Of a DNA stretch of 64,000 nt, positions 25,156 through 37,320 are shown in pieces. The stretch spans positions 248,001-312,000 of the forward strand of contig CP089278.1 of assembly GCA_023920165.1 (NCBI GenBank). Reading direction: 5' to 3'. Below the pieces are notes generated by a model. That model was not told the DNA's origin, made no database searches, and saw nothing but the letters and a program-made list of their open reading frames with translations. How positions within the stretch are numbered: the first letter of the stretch is position 1; each line of letters begins with the position of its first letter. A program made the position numbers and the translations under genes. The DNA is from Curvularia clavata. Lineage: Eukaryota.

Positions 25156-26940
25156 ATGACAGTCGTTTCACTTTTGTTCGCAGCGTCTATGCTCACGCTT
25201 CAAGTTGGGGCGAAACGAGTGCGCTCCCCAACGCCTCCTATGGGCTGGAATTCCTATAACACTTGGAACTGCCTTCCAGACGAGGAAAAGATCCATCAGA
25301 GTGCCCAAGGACTAATTGATCTTGGATTCTCGAAAGTTGGATATAGCTTTGTAACTGTTGATTGCGGCTGGAATTCACGGGATCGAGACGCCGAAGGGAG
25401 GCTCCAATGGAACGAGACGCTGTTTCCTTCCGGTGGCAAGGCACTTGGTGATTTTCTTCATGGCCTCGGACTGGACTTTGGTCTCTACTCTGGCGCTGGC
25501 TATCTACAGTGTGGATCTGAATCACTACCTGCAAGTCTGGGGTTCGAGCGACTGGATGCAGAGAGCTTTTCTGAATGGGGTGGAGACAGCCTAAAGTATG
25601 AAACCATCGTTCTCCTCAGCTCGGGAGTGTCATTAACAGAAAAGATAGGTACGATAATTGCTATTCGACGTCCAATACAACTATGGTCGACTCCAGCTCT
25701 GCCGAGGCACAATCACCAGCTCGCTTTCAGCACATGGCAGCCGAGTTGGATGCTGTAGATCGCGAAATTCAGTACTACGTTTGCCAGTGGTAAGATATTA
25801 CAGCTTTATTTTGTTTGCTCCTGCTGACTATGTGAAGGGGTATCGGAACCAACGTAGGCGAATGGGCTGCTGAGATTGGCAACACATGGAGAATGAGCAA
25901 TGATATTTATAATGCCTGGCGCAGCATCTGGCGCATCACGAATCAGATTGTCCCATATTTCAGGCATACTACTGTCGGTGCCTTTGCCGATATGGACATG
26001 TTGATGTAGGTACTTTACAGGAGTACTCCGAACATCTGCTGACGAACACAGTGTTGGTCTCCGTGCACTTTCTGAAGAAGAGGAGCGCTTCCACTTCGGC
26101 ATGTGGGCAATCAACAAATCCCCTCTGATCATGGGTGCAGCCCTTGATCCAAAGCGCCTCAGCCAAGCCTCGATAGATATCATGACAAACAAAGAGGTAA
26201 TTTCCATTAACCAGGATCCGCTGGCTAAGCAAGCACGACTAGTACAGCGCGATACAGAAGGTGAATGGGATATCTGGCTGGGTGAGCTTTCCGGTTCAAG
26301 GCAAATTCTGGGGATCGCAAATTGGAGAAATGACTCTCAGACTGTCCAAGTGGATATGAATTCGCTGGGCATTGATTCCGCCAATGTACGCGATGTCTGG
26401 GCTGCGAAAGACCTAGGCACTATGTCTGGCTCCCAAAGTTTTGACCTTGCTGGTCATGAATTACGCTTGTGGCTATTGTCTGATGTAGCCACAGCTACTC
26501 CGCTGACCTCCGGGCCATACTATTCTGGCACCGACGCAGCTCTCTCTGGACCAGCGCACACAGCATCTTGTGCTGAAGGGGCATGCTTACCAGCAGGTTC
26601 CAAAGTCCAATACATCGATCGCAGCGCTGGCGTGCTCTTTTCCAATGTCAGTGCTAGCTCCGCTGGCAAGAAGCTTCTAAGCATCGACTTTGTTAACTAT
26701 GACTACGCATTTACTACTGCCTGGGAATGGGGTGATAACACACGAAACATGACGGTTGCTGTAAACGGCAAAAAGGCAAAGAGATGGACATTCCCTCTCT
26801 CCGGTGGAAACTGGGAAGAGAGTTTGGCGCTTAATATTGAGGTGGACGGATTTGTTCAAGGCGACGGGAACACGGTAGAGTTCAGAGGCTACGGAGACGG
26901 ATTTGGGCCGGATTTAGTCGGCTTCCGGGTCCTCGAGTAA
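25156..26940 (+). CDS. Secreted GH27 alpha-galactosidase-type glycosidase with C-terminal CBM35-like module, 4 exons
   Basis: TPPMGWNSYN, VDCGW, FGLYS, LK-YDNC (spliced), WRMSNDI, FADMDML, HFGMWAINKSPLIMG, INQDPL. The C-terminal beta-sandwich has C..GACLPAGSKV. Confidence 0.9.
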
Positions 26941-27203
26941 TTGAGTGGAGCTTGGAATGACTGTAGCTTGATTCCTAAAACTGAACCTATTGAGCCGGCT
27001 GACGATGTTACTGCGGTTGAAAACATTGATTTTCTTGTCCCGCCCAGCATATAGCCGTTCGGTGCTGATCATACCCCAAAGGAGCTGTGGAGAACCCCGC
27101 ATTTGGGGAAGCAGTGCTTGGGCGCGGGTCAAAGACCCCCGAACATATGATGTGAACATTGAGGTACGTTTTTTGCCTTCGACTCCAAGACAACCAAGCC
27201 ATT

Positions 27204-29840
27204 ATGCAGCTAGCATTACATACATCGACGCCGCTCACAACGGGCTGGACGTTCAAGCAAGGTGATCGCTCATCCGCCAATCCCCTCCTACCCGCACATG
27301 ACGCACCGACTGAGGTACATCGTGACCTTGTGAGAAATGGAAAAATCAAGGATCCATTCGACGACCTCAATGAGCTATCGGCACGCTGGGTCGGTGACGA
27401 GACATGGACATACTGTACGACCTTCTCCACGCCCACTAGTCATGGCGGATCGGGTGTAGCTACAGAACTTCGATTTGAAGGACTGGATACATTCGCTTCC
27501 GTCTATCTGAATGGAGCCTTGATTCTCGAATCCGACAACATGTTTGTAGAGTACCGGGTTGATGTTACTGGTAAGCTCAAAGACGGAGACAACTCACTGG
27601 AAATTGTTTTCCATTCCGCGCGGAAGAAAGGACTCGAGCTTGTCAAAGCACATCAAGAGCATCGATTTATTGTACATCAGACTGAGATCTCAAGAGGGCC
27701 GGTTCGCAAGGCTCAATATCACTGGGGGTGGGACTGGGGACCGATCCTCATGACGTGTGGCATATGGAAGCCAATTTCGCTCGATACATGGACAGGTCGA
27801 ATCTCTGACTTGGTAATAAATTATGAGCTTTCGGACGACTTGAAATCTGGGAAAATTACAGTTTCAGTTGATTGGGAGGGGTCCGTTAGCCAAGTGGCTT
27901 TCACCGTCACAAATAGAAGCAGTGTTGTCAAGTGGCACGCTACAATAGACACCGAGCTTGGAGCGCGGCATGGAACTACAAAGGCTCATTTCGATATTGA
28001 AGACATCGAGCTCTGGTGGCCACGGGGCTATGGTGGCCAGGACATGTACACTGTCGAGGCGGAAGCTTATGTGCATTCTGACGCCTCCAAATCGCTAAGG
28101 CTCCACTCCATATCCCGAGATATTGGCTTTCGTCGTGTCGAACTCATCCAAGAGCCGGACGAATATGGCAAATCATTCTATGTCCGTATCAACAATGTCG
28201 ATATTTTCTGCGGTGGCTCCTGCTGGATACCCACAGACTCATTCTTGACGCGTGTCGCGTCTGCTGATTATCATGCTTGGGTGAAGCTCGCCGCTGAAGG
28301 AAATCAAATCATGCTTCGCATATGGGGCGGTGGCATCTACGAAGCCGATGCTTTATATGATGCGGCAGATAAACTGGGTGTACTGATTTGGCAAGACTTT
28401 ATGTTTGCATGCGCCAACTATCCCGCACATCCAGAATATTTGAAGAGCGTAGAGACAGAAGCCAGACAGAACGTGCGGCGATTGAGAAACCATCCAAGCA
28501 TAGTAATTTGGGCGGGCAATAACGAAGACTACCAGATTGTGGAGCGATATGGGCTTCAGTGTGATCCGGACGACAAGGACCCACAGTCGTGGCTGAAAAC
28601 CAATTTTCCGGCGCGCTTCCTATATGAACACTTGCTACCGATGGTAGTGTCTGAGGAATGCTCAAATGTAGCCTATCACCCAAGCTCGCCTTTTGGTAAT
28701 GGCAAATCCACCGTCCTAAAAGTCGATCCCACAATTGGCGATGTTCACCAATGGAATGTGTGGCACGGCACCATGGAGCCTTATCAAAAGCTCCCAGAAT
28801 TGGGCGGCCGCTTTGTCTCTGAGTTCGGCATGGAAGCGTACCCGCACGTCTCTACAATTGAGCGTTGTATAACGAGGAAAGAAGACCGCTACCCAGGCTC
28901 CATGGCCATGGACTTTCGTAACAAAGCCATTGGCCACGAGCGACGCCTCATAAGCTACGTAACCGAGAACTTCCGCATACGATGCGATCTGGAAGGCTTC
29001 ACTCATCTCACCCAAGTCATGCAGGCAGATGCCATGTCATGGGCGTATAGGTCCTGGCGCCGTGACTGGGGCTCGCCCGACAGCCGCAAATGCGGAGGTG
29101 TGCTAGTCTGGCAGCTCAACGATTGTTGGCCGACCATGTCATGGGCTGTGGCTGACTACTATCGCGTTCCCAAGCTAGCTTATTATGCGATCAAGCGAGC
29201 TATGCAGCGCGTGACTATCAATGTGCAGCGCAAGAACAAAAGCTGGACTATGCGACCTGCTGATGAGTTTTGGCAGCGAGACACCGGACATATCGATATG
29301 CAAAGGCTGTGGCAACAAGTTGAGTATGATATTTGGGCTGCTAATAGCACGACTGAAGAGATCAAAGGTAGCGTTGACATCAGTTATGTCTCGATCAAGA
29401 CCGGGTTTAAAGTGGGTCAAGGACCTCGACAAGATGTCCTCATTGCTGCCAATGAAACTACAGAAATTTTCAATCAGCATTTGGCAGATGTGAATATCTC
29501 ACCGCAATCAGACGAATCTTTCGATCGTACCGAAGTTGAGCCTTTCGTTATTCAAGTCGTGCTGGAGGTCGCTGGCCAGTGCATTGCAAGAGACCTGTCT
29601 TGGCCAGAACCAATCAAGTATCTCTCGTTTGAAGATCGAGGAGTAATGGTAAAGTATTCAGATGACTTCGCCACGGCTTTCGTGTCTGCGGAAAAGCCAG
29701 TCAAGGGCTTTGTATTCAGTGAGAGAAAAGGCATACAGCTGAGCGATAATGGCTTTGACATCATGCCAGGGGAGACACACCAGGTGAAAATCAGCGGCTG
29801 CAACTCTAGCAAGCTGGAATGGAGGTATATCGAGATATAA
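27204..29840 (+). CDS. GH2 beta-mannosidase, no signal peptide (intracellular MndB-like)
   Basis: RKAQYHWGWDWGP, RIWGGG, VLIWQDFMFAC, WAGNNE (acid/base), RFVSEFG (nucleophile), VWQLNDCWP. Single exon. Confidence 0.93.
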   Translation: MQLALHTSTPLTTGWTFKQGDRSSANPLLPAHDAPTEVHRDLVRNGKIKDPFDDLNELSARWVGDETWTYCTTFSTPTSHGGSGVATELRFEGLDTFASVYLNGALILESDNMFVEYRVDVTGKLKDGDNSLEIVFHSARKKGLELVKAHQEHRFIVHQTEISRGPVRKAQYHWGWDWGPILMTCGIWKPISLDTWTGRISDLVINYELSDDLKSGKITVSVDWEGSVSQVAFTVTNRSSVVKWHATIDTELGARHGTTKAHFDIEDIELWWPRGYGGQDMYTVEAEAYVHSDASKSLRLHSISRDIGFRRVELIQEPDEYGKSFYVRINNVDIFCGGSCWIPTDSFLTRVASADYHAWVKLAAEGNQIMLRIWGGGIYEADALYDAADKLGVLIWQDFMFACANYPAHPEYLKSVETEARQNVRRLRNHPSIVIWAGNNEDYQIVERYGLQCDPDDKDPQSWLKTNFPARFLYEHLLPMVVSEECSNVAYHPSSPFGNGKSTVLKVDPTIGDVHQWNVWHGTMEPYQKLPELGGRFVSEFGMEAYPHVSTIERCITRKEDRYPGSMAMDFRNKAIGHERRLISYVTENFRIRCDLEGFTHLTQVMQADAMSWAYRSWRRDWGSPDSRKCGGVLVWQLNDCWPTMSWAVADYYRVPKLAYYAIKRAMQRVTINVQRKNKSWTMRPADEFWQRDTGHIDMQRLWQQVEYDIWAANSTTEEIKGSVDISYVSIKTGFKVGQGPRQDVLIAANETTEIFNQHLADVNISPQSDESFDRTEVEPFVIQVVLEVAGQCIARDLSWPEPIKYLSFEDRGVMVKYSDDFATAFVSAEKPVKGFVFSERKGIQLSDNGFDIMPGETHQVKISGCNSSKLEWRYIEI

Positions 29841-29980
29841 ATCCTATAGACATGGCTAGTGTCAAGTATGACGTGGAGGGTTTTATGCACACGCAAATAG
29901 AAAAGCATATCCTTTGAGGAGTAGAATTCCGCATGCTAAGCTTCCCAAGACCACAAAAATACCAAGCACTACACAGGAAA

Positions 29981-31590
29981 TTAATGGCCCCAAAAATCAT
30001 CTTCAGTGTCGTCCTCATCGTCAGAATCAGGGATCTCATCGCTGATCTTCCAAAATGCGGTCGGTCCAGCAGGACCATGCACGTCAAAATCTTTGTCAAA
30101 CCACGTCCCAACAACGCCTCTGGGGCTGCGCAGCCCACCTACTTGAATACCATCGCTGCGCCATCTCTCTTCACCGCTGTCACAAGTCAGTAATATTCAA
30201 CCCAATGATGCACCATAGAGATTCAAACTTACCCTTGAAACACTGAAATCGTTTGCCATCTTACTTCGCCCTCCGCCGTCAAGCGCACTGTACCGCGGAT
30301 TCCAGAGTTAGCATTGGGGTCCCACTGAGCGTCTATGGCTCTCGACATTCCTTTGAAATGCACCACAGGTAGTGCGGGGTTGTCAGATGGTCCTGGGGCG
30401 GTGACATCGGTGACTCGCAAGTCCATGAGGATGTGACGAATGGCTTCGTCGGTGAGGAGGGCTGGTCTTGGCTCGTCGGCGGGCAATCTTCTTGCCTCGG
30501 TGTCGAAGTTAAAATGGTATAGGTTTGTGTAGTCCAAAAAGCAAACAATCTGCATTTTGTTAGTTTGGCCCATGCGCTTTCAGTTCATGGACAACATACA
30601 CGTGACCAGATCCCTTGCACTCTGTACGGATCCTTCATATCGAGTGGTAGGTCTGGTTGCTGTAATAGTGCTATGTAGTCCCGTTGGCCGTTTTCCAGAG
30701 GGTCTTTTATGTCCGGAATTAAGCCATCCAGGGGCTGAAACCAAGGCGGTTGAAGCCGGTAAGGTAGTGCCTGGGGTAGTGTCGTCACGCCAAAGAGAGA
30801 GTTGTATCCAATTACGACCATAATACTTTCGATCATCTCCCAGTCCACTCGCATACTTCCATCATTGCGGAAAGGTCCCCATTTGTTCTTATCAGTGTAG
30901 TTGCGTAGGTCGTAAACCCGTGACCTTGCATACGAGTGTGTGGGGAGACCCTTCTTCCCAACATTTGACGGCGGGAAGCCGAAGAAGCTAAGCAGCTTTG
31001 CGCTTATCTGGCGGCCCTCTTCGTTATCAGCTGGCTTGTATTTGGCTGTTTTCATCCGGCTCCAAAGTGACGAGCGACACATGAAAGCATCGTGATTTTG
31101 GGAAATGTGTTGGAAAAGCTCTGTAATTAGTGCCTTGTTGTGACTGAGGCCCAGGTTGTCATATGACATGGTGGCGATAAGATCATCAACTGCCGTTGTG
31201 ACGAATGTGAACTCTTCTCGCTGCGAAGTTTAGATATGAAATCAATGGGAAAATCACAAACTTTACCTTGAGGTCGTTGTTAGCTGACAACAGTATTTTT
31301 TGGCATCTGACTACTCTGTGCAACTCTTTTACCCAGGCTGGCTCTTGATGTGTCGGTCTTCTTCGGCGAGGATCATCCTAACATACAGTCAGAATACTGA
31401 AATCGCAAGACTTAAGGAAACATCAGCATACGAAATGTTTGAGATATAGAGTCTTGTATATCCGCGTGTTTTCTCGGATGAAGTCACGGAATCCTCTGGA
31501 TGTCTGGATGCAAGCCGCCACATCTTCAGGGTTGATTTCTTCAAGAATCTGAAGAAGGACATCATAACATAGGTCGAGTAACTTTGTCAT
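29981..31590 (-). CDS. F-box domain protein, 5 exons
   Basis: N-terminal LLDLCYDVLLQILEEI...ACIQTSRGF F-box. Conserved C-terminus GEVRWQTISVF-GEERWRSDGIQVGG..S.RGVVGTWFD..HGPAGPTAFWK. GT-AG introns join ORFs 31423, 30585 and 30229. Confidence 0.85.
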
Positions 31591-32066
31591 ATTTCCGAGT
31601 GCGGAGGGCAAGTTTTTAGGCGCTGGTTGAGAGGAGAAACGACGAAGATTGTAAGCCTAATCAAGAGTCTGAATGTCCGGATGGTGATGGCGTGGGGTTC
31701 GGAGTTAATCACCTTATTGCCGAAGATCTACTGGTAAGTGGCTGTAGTTGCAGATGCGAAAAGCATGCAAAGCATCCGACTTAAGGGTAATTATTCCAAA
31801 TGAAAAAACGTGGTGTTTGTGTAACGCTTGGGAAAAGAATGTTGATGCGTAGTAGAGTTGCGTGCAGTGTACGGTCATTGGCACGATAATTAATCAGCAG
31901 GCTTCACTAGCGCGTCAAAATCCACTACCTAATTTCATGGCCGTTTGTCGTTGCTCTTGAGTATAAAATTTGAAACTAATAGTCACGAATACAGTAAGTA
32001 GAGCTGATATTATGAACACTGAAATACATAATATTGCACTGGGGTATCAAAGGCTATATAAAAAAA

Positions 32067-34091
32067 CTACCATTCCAATCGGTCATCACACGTCAGTCGC
32101 ACGTCCCACCTATCTTCTCCTCTCCACACATCGCCACCTTTGTTGTTGCTTGCAATGATGCGCCTGAGATCACTGATCATGCCACCTGGGCCAGAGGCAA
32201 AGACTTCGGTTCCTCCGCGTACCGTGCCTGCAACAAAGTCGCGCACGATCGCGTCAAGGTCAGGTCTAGCCTGGACGTGATCGAGTCCAAGTTCGGATTT
32301 CGACACGCCATGAACAGACAATGCTGAAGAGGCGTCTTGAGAAGAACTTGAGCTTGAACTAGGGTTTATCTCCTTGCTGCAGTCGGTTGCGCCAGCCTTT
32401 TCGGCTACAGCTGGTGGTGGGACTTCAGCTTCCTCTGCGGCGCGCGTAACATAAATGTGCATGCTAGCGCGCAGGTTGCGGCACTTGCGCTTCAAGATGG
32501 CAAGTTCTGGTGCGACCCAATCGATGTCGCTTCTGTGACGGATGGCCCATACCAGAGAAATGTGACGATCGGGGTTTTGTGGTTGGGAGGCAAGATTGAG
32601 AAGGACTGGCAGAACGTACGCAATGCCAGTTCCACCAGCGATACAGAGGACATTGGTAGTAGGGACGAGGCTGTTCAATGTGTGCTCGCCATATGGGCCA
32701 GTCATGACGACTGAAATACGGGCGTCCGCCATTAGTCGTTCGTGGGATTCCTCATGATCCTTCACATGAGCGATTCGTTTCATGGCTAGCTGGGCGATCT
32801 TCTTAGTCTCGCCTTTCCTTGCGCGGAAGATGTACGAGTGTCTCTGGTTGTCGGCACCGAAGACTGGAAGACTGACTGGAGTGAATGGGTGGGATTGCCA
32901 GATGCTGCTGTCCGGGAAAGTGAGGTAAAAGTGCTGACCGACAGCCCATGCGTCTTGAGGATGCTCGTAGTCCAAGCGCACAACGTCACCATTGACGTCG
33001 TCTTTGAAAAGCAAAACATTCGCGGAAGCTGAGCGGAATCCCATGTGGCCTGAAGGCAAGAAGTTGTAGTGTAGGAGGGCGGTTCGCGTAAGCCGGATAC
33101 CACGATCAATGAACCAGACAATAAGACCTGGCAAAAGGAAGACCTTCAACTGCTCCCAGTGGCCCCAGCATGCTCCAATGTACACCATTGCCAGAACATA
33201 ATGGGCCTTGCGGAAGAATTCATAGCCAGTGAGTCTGATGCCCCATGGCGTAGAGAGCAAGACGAGCAATGTCAAGAGAATCATTGCTACCACGCCCCAG
33301 ATCATGTACTCTTGCACAATCCAGGTCTTGGCGACGACAGGCTGAGGTTGGTAGAGACGAATCTCCACCACACACCATGCAATGGTGTGGAGACCTGACT
33401 GTAGGAAGATGATGTATCCGAGCCAGCGATGGAGGAAGTTGAAGCTTTGGTATGGCAGACCAGTGACAAGCGACAAAATGGACTCACGCGTCGCGAGCAT
33501 GACAGAGAGAGGCGTGAGAGCGTATGCGAAGACGCCAATGCGATCAGACCAAGGACCGAGAGTACTGCGGACTTGCGTCTGACCAGGTTTGGTAATGCCA
33601 GGATATTTTTTGGCGGGAACTACCCAGTGGGCCCATATCATACCGACGAAGGAGAAGATGATGAGGTAACCAGTTAGAACTGCAAGAGTCAAAACCTGGG
33701 TACGAGTAACCCGACCGAATATAGGCCTGGCTGCATCCGGAAGAAGATAGCGTCGTGTGTAGGATGGGATAGCTCGTCGAAGGCGGTCGAGTGCACTACG
33801 TCTTTCTGGTACTCCTTCTATCTCTGTCGTCAACTGTACGCCCGAGGGTTGCGAGCGCATAAAGTGTCGTCCAATGGCCCATAAAACCAAGATACCACCA
33901 ATTATGGACCACATAATGCCGCTGTAAAGCATGGAAAGGTCATGATTCTTATAGACGAGGTCGAGATAAATGCAGTCGCCGGGAGTACTGGTACAAGGAA
34001 TCATGCGGTCGGCATATCCCCAATGGTGCTCCACTGCGCTTGCTTCGCTGAAGTTCTGGATATGACGTGGAGCCAGCATTTTGACGTCCAT
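32067..34091 (-). CDS. Ferric/cupric reductase (FRE family) transmembrane oxidoreductase
   Basis: Heme-His motifs LHRWLG...LHT and FRKAH...WGH, FAD motif QSHPFT, NADPH motifs GPYG, IAGGTG and SGP. Likely start M at 34091 or 34079. Confidence 0.93.
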   Translation of the reverse strand: MDVKMLAPRHIQNFSEASAVEHHWGYADRMIPCTSTPGDCIYLDLVYKNHDLSMLYSGIMWSIIGGILVLWAIGRHFMRSQPSGVQLTTEIEGVPERRSALDRLRRAIPSYTRRYLLPDAARPIFGRVTRTQVLTLAVLTGYLIIFSFVGMIWAHWVVPAKKYPGITKPGQTQVRSTLGPWSDRIGVFAYALTPLSVMLATRESILSLVTGLPYQSFNFLHRWLGYIIFLQSGLHTIAWCVVEIRLYQPQPVVAKTWIVQEYMIWGVVAMILLTLLVLLSTPWGIRLTGYEFFRKAHYVLAMVYIGACWGHWEQLKVFLLPGLIVWFIDRGIRLTRTALLHYNFLPSGHMGFRSASANVLLFKDDVNGDVVRLDYEHPQDAWAVGQHFYLTFPDSSIWQSHPFTPVSLPVFGADNQRHSYIFRARKGETKKIAQLAMKRIAHVKDHEESHERLMADARISVVMTGPYGEHTLNSLVPTTNVLCIAGGTGIAYVLPVLLNLASQPQNPDRHISLVWAIRHRSDIDWVAPELAILKRKCRNLRASMHIYVTRAAEEAEVPPPAVAEKAGATDCSKEINPSSSSSSSQDASSALSVHGVSKSELGLDHVQARPDLDAIVRDFVAGTVRGGTEVFASGPGGMISDLRRIIASNNKGGDVWRGEDRWDVRLTCDDRLEW

Positions 34092-34313
34092 TTTTGCTGA
34101 CGCGCTGAGGACGAGGAAGGCGACAGACAATCAGCGGACCGGAGTGGTTGAGACGGTGTACATGTCCGAGTGTCGGTATATCTTTATAAGTGTGGCAACC
34201 CAGACACGGTAGATAGCAGCCATGTTTCCTCGGCATCTCGAGCCAAGCTTCTAGATGAAGGCGAATTCTTTAGATCCGTCTTGACGCATGGGTTTTTGGT
34301 TAGTGCGAGAGCG

Positions 34314-34323
34314 TTTGAGCAAA
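34314..34323 (-). promoter_or_regulatory. Mac1-type copper-response element (TTTGCTCA) in the FRE/Ctr bidirectional promoter
   Basis: The + strand reads TTTGAGCAAA, i.e. TTTGCTCAAA on the - strand, matching the yeast CuRE TTTGC(T/G)C(A/G). A weaker GAGCAA copy is at 34341. Confidence 0.6.
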
Positions 34324-34596
34324 TAACCCCACAGTTTCGGGAGCAATTCCTGCAATCGTCAAACCCAAGACGGAGCCAGACTGGGACCCTGTGCACCGGA
34401 AATGGCTGTATCGCGGACCGTATGAATATCGCACCGCCCGCTATGGGCGGCTCCGCGTGTTCACGTTAAAGACAGCCATCTGGGTCACTGTTCGTCCATT
34501 GGTATTCTTCGCACAGCTTTTACGACATATTTTTTTCTCAACCTCAACCACAACCATTGGCGTGCGAGAATCTACACGCATCCCGTATCCCACATC

Positions 34597-35250
34597 ATGA
34601 TGTCCCACGGAATGTCCGGTATGAGCTCGAACGCGACCTGCGTTACAGAGGTATGTAGATTTTTCCTTTGAAAAAAGGCAAATGCAAGAATGCGGAGAGA
34701 AAAAAAAAAAAAAACTGACATTGCCCAGATGCTGTGGAACTGGCGTGTTAAGGATGCATGCTTCCTCTCCTCATCATGGCACATCACCAACAACGGCATG
34801 ATGGCTGCCAGCTGCATCGGCGCAGCTCTTCTAGTTGTCTGCCTCGAGTTCCTTCGCCGCGTTAGTCACGAGTACGATGCCTTTCTTCTCCGTCAGTTTC
34901 AGCGACAACTCCACGCACAGCAAGCCGCACTAGCAGCTGCCGCGCCCGCCAACTGCTGTGATGGCCCCACGTCGACCCTCGGTGTCCAACACGCGACTTT
35001 CCGTGCTACCGCGTTGCAACAGCTTATACGATCCATTATTCATGGTGTTACGCTTGGTCTGGCTTATATTGTCATGTTGCTGGTTATGCATTTCAACGGC
35101 TACATTTTCATCTCCATCATTTTGGGCGCTACCTTGGGCAAGTTCCTGTGCGACTGGCTCGTAGTCAGGATACCATACAGTGCACCAGAACAAAAAGAAG
35201 AGCGGCATTCATCCATTAGCGCGGCTGGACCGACAGGTTGCTGTGCGTAG
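34597..35250 (+). CDS. Ctr-family high-affinity copper transporter, 2 exons
   Basis: Met/His-rich N-terminus MMSHGMSGMS. Intron 34651-34728 gives C..EMLWNW...CF.SSSWHI. MLLVM is the MxxxM motif, followed by GATLG (GxxxG) and C-terminal CCA. Confidence 0.93.
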
Positions 35251-36549
35251 GAAGACGCCATGGGAATGTGAAGTGTTGAGTAATTGAGATACCCTTTTTA
35301 TGATAGTGACGGACAGCGAATGAACCATTTTACATTTTTGGAACAAACACTGGTAGAAGACTGTGAATGCTTCTCGGAAGATATGTCTCGTGGCGTGGTG
35401 ATGCATCCCAACGATAAATCCCAATACACCGAGATATCGATACCAACACCTTTCTCTCATGTTTCTTGCAATCACTTAATCATGGTGATGTGATCGTACA
35501 CGCAAGCCGCTACAGGTAACTCGCCCAATACTCTCCGACTCCGAAAATGTGCTCGCTGGGTGGGTCTAGCTTTCCCTAGAAACCGGGTAGTGGAGCACGT
35601 AGGACGATTGAACTCCGCATTGGCGTCTGTTGGGACCGGTGAGTTTACCTTTTGGGGTGATTGTGGCAATAGAGCCAAGATGGCTCTTTGTCTTGGTAAT
35701 TAAGTGCTAGCGAGAATGACATCGTTAGATAACAGATCTAGAACATTTCCTGATAGACTGGAGAGTATTTGCTTGGAATTAGGTCTTGGGTCAAGAGCAC
35801 ATTTGAGTGCAAATCATACCGTCTCCGTCATGAGCATCATAAGTCAATCTTGTCAGTCTTGAGTACATCTCGCTACAAGAGCAGAAATAAACATTTTCGA
35901 TACGATGAGACACACCTCTCGCACTAGGTCTTACTTTTCATTTATATTCAAGCCATATGCATTTCTTAGGAACCTAAAATGGATGGTTGCGGACTGCTCT
36001 CACCCGGACCGGGCCGGTCGTGAGTAGCTCAATCTGGGCCGGCATCTCCGGCCGGAGAAAACACTATATCTATATTTCTGTGCGGTGGGATGTTTCACCC
36101 GCGTGGAGGAAGGAGGTTGCGGAACATTTACATCGCGTTTCCGCTCGCAACACAGCGCCTAACAACAGGTTGTTGAGGACTCAGAGCCCAACACGAATGC
36201 CTTAAAAATCTCTTTGTCACTCAGAACTTCCCAAATCAAATACCTCCGCAGATCGCATTTGCAGATCGGTGACTGAGTTGCGTTGATGCCACCACCCATA
36301 CTGTGAGGTAGTGAAGCGACACCAGAATGGGTAACTTCCGGCAGGGAAGTGTTCAGTATAAACGCATTGAGTGTACTCTGCAGAACACCCACTTGTATAG
36401 CCAGCAGCCTCCAGTCTTTATTACGCGCGACTGCTCTTCCTTCATTTGGTGTCGTAGGTGTATCATTCTATCTCTTCGACTTCTTCGCGAATTTAGAACG
36501 CCGATTCCGGTCACGAATGGGATCTGGTCGAGTTCCAATCTACGGAGCC

Positions 36550-37320
36550 ATGTCGTTGTAGAAGTTGGCACTGATTAAGGCAAGCAGAGCGCGAATTTGT
36601 TTGGCGTAATACCTCGGTAGATTTGGACCTTTAATTTTGATGCATTCAACCAGGCCTTTGACCTCGCCAAATTCCAAGTTATTTTATAACGAAACAAGGT
36701 TCAGGGCTTGGGTTTGAGGCTCTTCCTTGCTCCATAAAGCTTCCGAATGTCGATATAGAGCTGCAACTGAAGAAAGGCACCGAGTATACGATGATGTTCG
36801 ACCTGGGACAAGTTGTCAATGCCGTAGCGAGGATACTCCTATCTAGAGTCATAGCATTGCCTACTGCCATATTGAAAGATTGATTCGTCAAGATTTCGGC
36901 ATCGAGTAGGTACTTGCTGAGAAAGGTGAGAGCCTGGCAGGAGCTGTTCACGAACACGTGTGGGCTCTCATCAATAAGATTGCTTACTAGAACTTCCGCT
37001 AGCTGATGTGAGCATAGTCGGTTCGTATGCCCTGATAGTAAGATTGTAGTCGTTAGGGCCTGATATGTAAAGCCCACCAGCGAGACCACGGTATCGCTTG
37101 GCTGCCCTGAACTACGCTTTAAAGTTGCAGCGCACCACCTCTCCAATTATCGGGTGTTCAAGAAGTGTGAAATAAGCTTCGAGATGGTCGTCTATAATCA
37201 TGAGCTCTGAAACATAGCATAAAAACTCAATCAGCAAGTTGAGCATCAGATGCAAGCTATGATGAGTCGCATCGCCAGATCCAGGCACCGCTATCAAAAC
37301 CCTGTTTCTATTCTGCGACA
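36550..37320 (-). pseudogene. Decayed gene of a fungal hypothetical family (LS..E..RI..AF.....Y / E.VE..CI motifs)
   Basis: Manual translation gives ...DSR*EYPRYGIDNLSQVEHHRILGAFLQLQLYIDIRKLY...KP* and then, after a frameshift, NNLEFGEVKGLVECIKI. There are in-frame stops and a residual GTAAGC..CAG intron. The family resemblance is from memory only. Confidence 0.45.

Noticed and set aside
34699..34714. A-homopolymer; also (CA)n at about 40333 and a T-rich run at about 4681
   Set aside because: Ordinary intronic or intergenic microsatellites.
7988..35250. Functional link between CDH and the copper-uptake pair through LPMO copper supply
   Set aside because: They are more than 20 kb apart with unrelated genes between, and there is no LPMO in the window.
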